From positions 1,912,260 through 1,976,259 of the forward strand of contig NW_002060952.1 in the NCBI RefSeq assembly GCF_000150275.1: a DNA stretch of 64,000 nt. Direction: 5' to 3'. Within the stretch, counting starts at the first letter, position 1; every line of letters begins with the position of its first letter. The notes under the pieces were generated by a model. The model did not search any database. It was not told where the DNA came from and worked only from the letters and a program-made list of their open reading frames with translations. Source of the DNA: Trichoplax adhaerens. Taxonomy: Eukaryota > Animalia > Placozoa. The position numbers and the translations under genes are program-made. Shown here piece after piece: positions 53,936 to 64,000 of the stretch.

Positions 53936-56900
53936 ATGCTCTCCAGATTGGATAATAAAAGTCGTCTGGATCAATTCTTAAAAGAATGTAGGTCAGCGTA
54001 CGAAACAGTGACTGGCTCAATCAGTAACGATATTCGATCTAAAGAAGATTTAGAATTAAGTAAGAGAATGATACCGAATATATCGATAAAGATGTTACAA
54101 ATTGAATAATTATGCTGTTCCTCGACAACTTCTTACGCTCTATTTAATATACATAAAGTTAAACTCTAATATACATTACAAGCATAGCTTGGCTTAATTT
54201 ATTTTAAACCACACAATCCTCCGTATTTGACGGTTAAGTATTTTAGATAGCAATCTTACAGCATTTTTTTATAAATTTAATTATGATAGTTCTTAATATT
54301 ATGGGCAGAAATCCATCTAGAGCTAATATGAAATATTATTGGTCTAAACACACTGGTAAGTAAATAAATCTGAATGGATAACTACCCTTAATTTAACTAT
54401 CTTAATATTAGCGATGTGCAATAATAATTGCAGTAGTTTATACGAGTATAGTATTTGGATTATAATTAATCATCATAAATCGATATTCAGTCGTCTAAAA
54501 GTGTGATCATTTATATTAGAGTCAGTAAGCTTTGACGAATTCTGCGATTACGCTGGGCAAGAAAGAGAGGTTGATGAAAATTTACTTTTACGTGCTTTTG
54601 AACAAGTTGATCCAAACGGTGATGGTTTTATTGAGAGAGATGAATTAGAGCGTGTTCTGCTAAAGGTTGGATATAAGACTTAGATGTAATTTAATGTAAA
54701 TTTATAAAGACATAATCTTTTCAATGGTACCTTAGTAAATTGAGTCCTATGTTTACACTCATTTTTAATGATATCAAATTTTGAAAAAATGATTCCTTTA
54801 GTATGGCGAAAGGATGACTCAGAGCGAATTAAAGCAGTTGTTAGATGATTTTCCCTATGACGATAAAGGAAGATTTCCATTTGAGGAGGTCCTTTTCTAT
54901 AATTAAATAGAATAACATTCACTATTATTTAAATAAAAATCTTTGTATTACACGGTTAGATGATGTAAGATAAAGCTGAGGCTTTGATTTTACTACTGAC
55001 TGATCAACCTTCATAACATTTAGTTCTGCAGAAAATTTGCGGATATTATCGAAGAATGTCAGTCTATTACTAAGCGAACAGGTGCTCAAAATGGCGTTAA
55101 AGAACGAAAAAATCTAAGTATTAAGCAACCAAGACCTTCAAAGCGATCTTCTAGTCGATTATCGATAACTTCCTTAGCTTCTATCCGAGAGCAAAAACCA
55201 GACGAACCTCCTAGCCCTAAAATCTCTCCAAGAAAGTCGAGCACCGCTTCGCTTCCTAGAGAGCGTAGTCTATCGATGACTCGGAAAGATAGCATTAGTT
55301 CCGTAAAAAAATCTTCATCGCAAACGAAATTATCGATTGTGGAACCTAAGAACTTAAAAGTATGAGATGGTTTAATGTTACTATATAACTAAACTGTAAC
55401 CACTTGGAAGTAATTGGTACTTATAATTAACAGCGATCATTTCTAATTGATATAGTCATGGCATAATATTGTCAGAAGAGGCTGTTTATATGTAAACGAC
55501 AGATGCAAATTCAGCAGTCAGCAGTATAGACTAGATCTAGCTACTGCTTCAGCAGTTTGGATTTCCATTTGCCCTCAACCAATAAGTATGATAAAGGCAT
55601 AAATCTCTTCTATTTCGAATTACAGTTGGACGTTGTTAAATCTCGTTTGCTCTACATTTTATTTAAACCAATTACTGCTTTAGCTAAAGAATTAGCTCGT
55701 GTGGACTTGGAATTATTCATATTTAAGGAAGAAGATAATGAGATCAAAGAGTACATATCGTGTCAAAATGCAACTATCAAAGGCAAATACTGCGTAAAAA
55801 CAGATTTAAGATCAGGCAAATACAGATTGATTCCATATACAAGTGGCTGTATATTTAAACAGAGATCTGAGGAATCAAAATCAGTTGCAAAATTAGTAAA
55901 AGGCAGTGGTGAAGCAGCTGAAATAACACAGGCATTCATGTAAGCTTTGATCTCATAAACGCGATGATACTGTCAAAGTTTATGCAGAATAGTTTGTTTT
56001 ACTAATATTGAAAATATCAAATGATGTCATTAACTATCATAGAACATTCTAATTCAAAGTTTTAACATTATAAAAATACTGTTATACTCTTATACTGTTA
56101 TTATTACAACTAAAAGAAATGAAACCTTAATTTAAATGAGCGTAGCAAGTGAAAGGCATGCTTATACGATTTTTCTCACTGACTACTTAGTGATGCATTA
56201 CATCATGCATTCGATTCTTTCGACTTGGATGGCAATGATTTACTTAATTACGAAGAATTCAATAACTACTATATAAGAGCAAATGATGACGAATGTGATT
56301 TAGAAACCTGGGGACATGTTACAGGTTAGGAAATATCAATTCAATTTTCCAAATTTTTGAGTATAAAGTCTCCATGTGCTAGCCTTATAAGTTAATTGAA
56401 GTTCTTTTTCAAACATTTATTGCCTATAGATATTGTAAAAATATTAATAATGTTACTTATACTTGTATAATTGCAGTCCTGCAGGAACCAGAGCAGTTTT
56501 TTTATAATCATCCAATACATCTCTAATAATCCACATAATTAGGAAGTGTACTCTTACGATTTTCGCGCAGCGATAAAATATATGAAATGATTTAACACTG
56601 CTCAGCATTTACTAGCATTAAGCGATGTTATAGTTTACATACCACGTTATTGAAGAGAGCCAACTTATCATGATTCATTTTCAAGGATAGGGTTTAATTT
56701 TCTTTTACGTTATCTTAGAGTCATATGAAACGAAAGATGGAGAATTAACACGAGCTGGATTTATCGCAATTCATGAGCAAGAAGCCCTCGATAATCCTGA
56801 TGATGTAACCGAACTTTGGTTTACATTACATGGAATCGGTCTTAATAATTCACTTGTTCCAGACGAGGTAAGGCAACTTCGATGAGACCGATAGCGATAG

Positions 56901-57715
56901 GTATAAAACAGATTTATCCATTCCAAGACAGCTGTTTATGTTATACTTAGTAAAATATTTTCCAGCGGTCACGCAACTTAAACTGCTGCGATAGATGCGC
57001 TATTTCATATCTTAGCGACATCTTAGACACGGTAGCTAGCTAAATTAATTGACTGACATCGCGTATGTTCCTATATACATCTAGATATGTCCATTCATCG
57101 TTGAAATTCATACAGAAGATTGTGAAGGTCACGTCGAGACAACATCAATCAGAGAAAATGCCGATTTACTTGATAGAGCAGTCTGTGCAAACGTAGTTGC
57201 TAAGGGGACTAGTAAATCGATTAGTGACTTAAAGGACCTACAGTTATGGACTTATCAAACAGACACTCGAGCAAGTTTTGTCGTATTAAATCAGGTAAAT
57301 GGCAGTAATATCAATTTTCTCTATTATCCTTTTTATAAAAAATCCATACAGTACGCAAGCTCTATTTCTGAATTGGACTCACATTTTTGTTACTTAATTA
57401 TGATAAATAGATGAAAAATCCGATGGCTGTGAAAATAGATTGCAGCGGGAGCCAGAATTGTATCAGTAGCATTGATGATCTCAAGTGCAATGTTAAGATC
57501 AAACCAGAAGAAGCAACGGTAACTCATACGGCTGATACAGAGTAGCTTCAAGAGCATTAACTATTATGCTACATCTATGAAAATATACTCTCGATAGTAA
57601 TTTCTTAAAACAATCTGATATTCGAATTGCTTATTAGGTCGGAATACATTTAATGAAGGAGAATCCAACCAAAGACTGGAGTATAGTATGCTACGAAGAA
57701 CTAGATCAACTATAA
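53936..57715 (+). CDS. EFCAB7: EF-hand calcium-binding domain-containing protein 7, ~607 aa; exons 53936-54059, 54290-54355, 54520-54665, 54802-54888, 55024-55359, 55456-55585, 55684-55939, 56191-56324, 56719-56867, 57085-57294, 57411-57518, 57638-57715
   Basis: FLKECRSAY, MGRNPS..YW, FDEFC, EF hand DPNGDGFIERDE, GERMT, YRLIPYTSGC, DLDGNDLLNYEEF, LTRAGF, CPFIVEIH are collinear with EFCAB7 as I recall it. All introns GT-AG with consistent phase. Confidence 0.9.
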
Positions 57716-58414
57716 GATATGCTGACCACAGTAAAGTGGTCGTAAAATAATCGACGTAGCGTCGATCTCAGTAATCATTCTTCTTTAATTAAAAAGTATA
57801 CTATTCGATATACGTTCATGTAGCTAAAGTAACTAAGCACTGCTATAAAATTTTTTATCACAGCATAAACTCTGTATCTGTTTAACATCAACGTGAATAC
57901 TATAACACATCATAACTATTATTATGAGTAGAAAATCAAATAGTGAGGTTATTTATTGTACCTGAAATTCAATAACATTAATTCAGCAAATTTACCATAA
58001 TTTACTCAGATGCGAAGTACTCGTATAAATACAATACAGGTTATCATACAACAATCATTCGCACGTCTGAACACAGCGACTGGCATTGCTTTAATTTCCA
58101 TAGCATTCCACGAAGACTTTCATGTATTATATAGCACTGAAAAGGTGGCGGCGTTAAGCAACACAATAACGGACTGTCCAAAAGTACTGTGTTAAATCTC
58201 ATCCATAACCTTAATGATAAAATATATTTAAAGAAATTTGAAGCCAGCAAATATACCGTGGCATTCTTGATAAATTTTTCTTTTTACGTAAGCAATGCCC
58301 AACATTAACGCTAAAGAAATCATTAAAATTTTGTTTAGTTTACAGGCAAAAAGGTTAATAATTTAAAGTTTACGAAGTTAGTAATAAATTGCGATATAGA
58401 CATCTTACATTTAC

Positions 58415-61400
58415 TCATCTCTTGTAGCCTTGAGAGCTGTTTCTACTAGTTTGCAAGTCGAATTGCTATAGATAAATATAGGGAATATATTATAGATCAA
58501 TGCTAACGAAGTCAGTAGTGATTTATTAAATTCTTTCTAAGTTATATAATGACACAAAAATAATGCCTTAACGATCGCACTTAGCATAAAGTGCTACAAA
58601 AAACACTTCTAAGAAGTAAGGAATCATAAAACAATCTACGTACTCTGAAATGACGGGTTTCGGAAGAATATGTAGATGAGTTAACTCTTGCATTCTTTAA
58701 GTTCGGCTACAAAGTAAATAAAAGGTCATGCTATAAAATCACTACAACGTCCAATACTTACACTCGCATAATAACAATTCTATATACTCAGTAAAATCAC
58801 CTCGTAAGTCTTGTTCTCACGACGAAATTCATAGTCTTTCCTGTTAAAAACAGCGAAAGTTACTTAAATTTCGGATTAAAGGAGAATTAAGAGAACGAAA
58901 CACATACCTCTTTTTGGTATTATAACTTCTATCTTCTATGTCTATTAAAACAGAAGCGCACAGTCAATGATCAATAAGGCTGCCTTCCAAAAGACTGCTA
59001 ACTAGTTATATAATACAATTTTGTATCAAAAGATCCCAGGGATTTCATGATGTGCAAGCTTACAAACCTGAACGCTTCTGTACTTTATAAACTTTTGTTT
59101 GCAGTTTAGCATCAGAATCATACCTAAGAAAATTGTAAACAAATTTGATACAATTAATATTTGAAAGGTCTTACCGTAATTACCCTCGTTGTAATTGATG
59201 TAGCTTGATAGTAACTTGAGACGTTGAAATAGAGACCGTTAAGTACATCAGACTATCTTGCATTCAAATAACCACATCTGATAGCTGCTTATACACTGTT
59301 GGATATTACGAGCGACGATTTAACTATTAGACCATTTATCTGACGTAATCTACGGGAATATCAGATTGATCGGATTGGGTGATAAAGTGTGTTGCAGTAA
59401 GCACGTGTAAGACTTTTCAACTAAGATTAAATTTACGATAAACCAGTGAATTTTGATTGTAATTTCCAAAATCGTGGATTAGTAGTTGCAGTCTTGGCTT
59501 ACAGATTACATCGAATTATGATAATTTGTCGATTATATTTACAACAGATGAAGAGAATCCAAGCACATCCTGCATTTGGTATATTTCATTATCTGTATTA
59601 CACCTCTAAGAACTATTTTTAGTACGGGTTGTATGCTGGTAACACCAATGACGAAGGCAATCCCCGATAAACTCCAAGATCTCAAGGACGCACCATGCAG
59701 TTTCGAAGAAGCTTCACAAACGACAAGATTAATAAAATGCTAAAGGTCTAAAGACACAAGTGGTATTCCCGTTGAAATTGACCCTTTCATACGAATTATG
59801 TCTTACAAAAAATGTACTTCAACTCCAGAATAAAAACGCTGAAAAATTGATCACTTCATGGCATTGCAAACTCATTAAACCAAATTTCGTGCAATGACTG
59901 CCATATCACAGCCTTTCAATTAATAATTACGTCACGTCCTAAATCTATTGATGAAAATCACGATCTTTCTATAAGTACTGAAGTAAATTGATATCAATAG
60001 CCACAGTCTATCTTTAACTCAATACACCTCACGTTAGGAATAACCCAGAAAGCAAGACAAAATAACAGTACGATAGGGAAAACGTTGAACGGATCTCGCA
60101 CGTCTCCAAAAATAATTGATAATCACCGACGGCAATCCTAACCTAAATAGATCCACTTTTCGCCTCCTTCTATCTGAGCAAGTTTTCACAAGAGAATACA
60201 AAGTTGAAAGTGATATTCCAGGATCATGCTTAAACATTTTGCATAACTCTTTAGCAACATCTGGATCAATTTCCTATAAACAACATACATCAATAACAGG
60301 TCAAAAATATAGCTTCGAAATCTATGGCGGTATACATCAGATCATATTATATAAAGACTACAAATTACTTGTCCATCCCGGCTTGCTTTCACAGGCCTGT
60401 TGTCATTATAAGAGTTTCGAAATCGGCATGAACTGAACGGTAACTCAGACCTTTAATAACACATACAGTGCCCTTAATATAGACCAATTATATTATTTTT
60501 AACAACTACATAATTTGTCTCCGAAGCAAACCTATTTAGCCATTGAATCTGTAATATTCCATTAATTCCCTTAGGATCCATTTTAGAAGGTAAAGTCCAT
60601 CGTACGTTATGATTATCCAATACTTGTGATGTCATTAAAGCAAATCCTGTAGATAAATATGGGCAATAATGTGAACTCTTTGCAGTTAACGTTTAGTTAC
60701 CGTACGGTTTGCTATAATATTTACTCTATAAGAAGCATTTTGTAAAGTATAGCCAACCTTGCCAGCTTTTACTCTCAATCACGGAAAATAATAAAACTAC
60801 ATTTCTCCCAGCCTACGAAGAAATAGATTAATAGTTACCGTAATCGTATCATAGCTCTCTCTAATTTATAATATCATAATTTAAACTTACACGAAAAGCG
60901 CTATCAAATTTTTCTTCATTTTTGAATTGGATAGACCACACACCCTTTTAAGAAAAATAACATTACTGATATCAAGATATAAATACAAGTAAATTTTCTT
61001 ACTATATAAAAGATTACAGCTAATAAGTGTAATACATATAAATATCTTCTGAATTTTAATTTTACGATATTGATATTACTGATGTTACCTCTTGCTTAGA
61101 TAAGGCGACATTTTCATAATTATCACTTTTTACAACATAAAATTCAGCATTACAAAAAAGAGTTTGTAGTAACTTGTCACGTTCGTCAGCCTCGGAGTCA
61201 TCTAAAAATGAATAAGGGAGTATTACTCGAACAATTCCCATGATAGAGCCTTAAATCCTCTGCTATATATGTCTACACGTCAATAAATTTCTAGCAATTA
61301 ATTTTACATCCAGCAGGAACTAAGTGATATCGCATCATACAAATAAAACGAAATGAATTACCTATATGATATGGGCTGCTATCTTTCTTGGTAGGGTAGC

Positions 61401-63855
61401 TTTCGTTCGGCGACTTATACGATTTTTTCTTTAGAGATAGCGTCTGGCCAGATTTGTGCACATCAATAATTTGCGTAGGCCGTACTGTTCCCTCTTCACG
61501 AGTTGATAGCTTTCCTGATTGCTGTTTAGTTTCACGATTTCGATAAGACGACGTGGGTCTATCTTTCACAGTTGTATCTGCTTTATCTTTAGCGGAATTA
61601 GAGAATCTCGACCTGCATATCTTAAAAGGCAGCCCACTGGACTTTTTCATACTTTCATCTTTAATAGTTGATCCTGGTTTCGTTTTGGTTTCTATTTCGG
61701 TGCTAGGTACTGAAACATTTAAGCTTTCAGTCTTCACTTTATTAGGCAATACAGCTGTAGGTTTAACAGGTAATTTATCATTATCAGGAATCATTTCGCA
61801 TTTGGTTTCAGTTTTCTGGTCTGTTGGTTAGCCAAGAAGATGTAAATCAGTTTTATGTATCTTCCGTTATAATATGAATTAAAACCGTTATTAATTATAT
61901 TCTTCATTATTTATATCGCATAGCCATCAAAACTAATTCACTACCTAAGTGCTCCATATTGGCATTAACATTTTCTGCCTCAACATCGCTGTCTCTATAG
62001 GAATCGACGGCAATAAATTCTTCACTCTCATCATCGTCACTTGATAAGGCGTCACAACTTGATAATATTTTGGTTAACGATAAAGGTGTTGACAACGGAG
62101 AATCTTTCTTTTGCTCAGCTAGAGTAAAAATTAAAGCATTTTTTTTCTAAGAAATCAGCGTTTGTACACTGCTGAAGTTCTCTTTTTAATATATTTCCTC
62201 AAGTCACCTTTACCGGTATGTTGGACTGATGATAGTATTTTGGATTGATTTTCAGTATCTGCCGACTATAGCAAATGAAATAAAGCATGAATTTCTTTAC
62301 GAATATGTAGGGTGTTGTTATTTAAATTGTACGTGATCATGTTATTGTAAGATTCTTCGTAGAAGATGACTATCGTAAATGAGAATGGAAGTGCAAGCTT
62401 TGCTGACTGCATTACTGTACGTAGATGTCCTAATAATATCGATAGTGACCATCAGCTGTCTCGACTACATACCATTACGCTCTGGCCAGATTGGCGAGAC
62501 AAAACGTCTTCACTAGGGCTTAATTCGAATTTATGGGAGTAACTGAAATCTCCTTCTAGGTCCGTAGTCTTTCGCTTTTCAAATTTATTATCATCTGTAT
62601 GGACTGACTTCATATTTAGTGAATTACTCGATCTCTTTACGCCGGACCGATTGCCGCTATTGCTTCTAAAATCATCCATCATCACGTTAGTATTGATATT
62701 GTCGCCCCTATAATTATAATTAGATGACCTTTCTCTACTTTGCATTTTCTTGCTACTTTTTTCATCATCGTAGTATCTTCGCTGTTCAGGCCTTCTATTT
62801 CTGCTAAATCTTTCACTTTCAGCTGGCATCACTCTGGGACTACCAGATCCACTACGTTGATATAAATTTGCTTTATTCCTTCCGTAATTTTCACTTTCCC
62901 CTCGTTTCAGTCCTCGCGAATCTAAATAATCTTTACGGTCTTTGCTTCTATTTGTACTATCAATAAACTGTAAATTTTCTGCACCAACACGGTATCTGTT
63001 GTTGATATGATAACTTGACGCTGTTTCCCCTTCATAATGTTTTATTTGGGAGTTACCTTCACGTCCGTACCTTGCTTCTTCATATTTATACGATTGAACA
63101 CTGTCTGTTTTAGCGCGCCGTTTCAGTGGTCGGTCATCACCTGAATATGATGATAAACGCGTAGTCTTTGAAGATGAAATAACCTTCTGTTGTTCTCTAC
63201 CCGGCTTTTCCATGCGCTTGCTACCAGAAGTATGTTTCAGGTTTCTTTCTACCGTATCTTTACTGCTACTAGTTTCTAGGGAATGACAATGAGTAAAAGA
63301 ATCTTTTAAGCTTCAAAGAATTACTATATTGGAAGCCACTAACTAATATATCAGTTACCGATTTTATACAGTTCATTATCGAATTCATCCGCAACTTCAT
63401 CGTCGCCACCAAGAATATCTTCCAGAACGTTTATCTCGCCTGGTTTTCCTTTACATAAAACATAGACTACTTCAATACTCTATTTATGGCTACTATTGAT
63501 GAAATATTAACCAGCAATGATGGATAGCATATCATTACGAGCTATAAACTAGTCCCACACTACAGTAGCTGCAATAAATGTCTTCTTATTACGTAACGAG
63601 CAAGCATCGACCATACGCGTACGGCAATTTAGAATAGGTACTATTTAATACTGATTCTGTCCAATCTTCTACCTAGCCATTCCAATATTACATATAGATA
63701 TCTATAGCATACAGTAGATATTAATATAAATTTACAGTAGCAATCATGATGCTGCTAGTTGAGAGCACTATCGAGATGTGATTAGGAAGAGTTTCTGAAG
63801 GCGGTAGGACAACATCAAGTTCCCCACAACAGTATGATACCGTACTCGAACTCAT
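58415..63855 (-). CDS. YTHDC1: YTH domain-containing protein 1 (nuclear m6A reader), ~790 aa; exons [first exon uncertain, ATG at 63855 or 63614], 63448-63359, 63275-62473, 62265-62214, 62118-61945, 61820-61362, 61201-61089, 60944-60891, 60812-60758, 60646-60532, 60450-60369, 60273-60143, 59123-59068, 58941-58908, 58840-58801, 58706-58644, 58465-58415
   Basis: N-terminal GEINVLEDIL..DNELY (YTHDC1 has GELNVLDDIL..DDELY). YTH domain: FYVVKSDNYENVALSK-GVWS-VVLLFSV-QGFA-RWTLP-WLNRSELPF-NDNRPVKASRDGQEI. Long R/S-rich low-complexity N-terminal region. The small C-terminal exons are phase-consistent but less certain. Confidence 0.88.
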
Positions 63856-63936
63856 TAAGACTAAAGTTGCCGTAGATCACGACAACTACTACTTGATATT
63901 AGTCTTAGTCGCCCTTTATTATACAGTAAATATCCA

Positions 63937-63945
63937 AACATGGCG
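63937..63945 (+). promoter_or_regulatory. YY1-type motif AANATGGCG just upstream of YTHDC1
   Basis: aacatggcg in a GC-richer patch ~80 bp from the candidate YTHDC1 ATG. The ATG inside the motif opens only a 9-codon plus-strand ORF. Confidence 0.4.
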
Positions 63946-64000
63946 CCGCCAAAATGTGTCAGCAATTGAAACATTTTACCTTCGAAGTTGATAGGTCCGC

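Noticed and set aside
61553-61831. Hydrophobic 92-aa plus-strand ORF (likewise 24730-24945, 55086-55295, 60116-60436)
   Set aside because: Antisense shadows of real exons.
1-64000. CRISPR array, rRNA, intact tRNA or transposase/RT ORF
   Set aside because: No repeat-spacer periodicity, rRNA signature, cloverleaf or TE protein motif seen by eye; small snoRNAs or miRNAs cannot be excluded without an Rfam search.

Overview
AT-rich eukaryotic (animal) genomic DNA with short GT-AG introns. Composition, intron sizes and gene content resemble a placozoan such as Trichoplax; that is an inference, not verified. I reconstructed six protein-coding genes by hand, checking splice sites and reading phase: an intronless class A GPCR (+, 2481-3524); an AKR1A1-like aldo-keto reductase (+, 3 exons); a 15-exon NOX5 (-, 12148-24971, ~1252 aa); a DEG/ENaC (ASIC-like) channel (+, 45529-49591); EFCAB7 (+, 12 exons); and a YTHDC1 m6A reader (-, ~17 exons). 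The most unusual features are: (i) NOX5 has its N-lobe EF-hand exon pair triplicated, with degenerate extra copies, plus a ~380-aa Ser/Pro-rich insert in the dehydrogenase domain; (ii) a ~2 kb island of nested palindromes, GGACTAC-ended inverted repeats and a tRNA-like Pol III remnant upstream of the AKR; (iii) an RFX X-box upstream of EFCAB7 and an orphan KLF/TATA/X-box cluster inside a 20 kb stretch with no recognisable gene; (iv) substitutions at functionally characterised residues in the GPCR, AKR, ENaC and YTH proteins. No CRISPR array, rRNA or intact transposase was seen.
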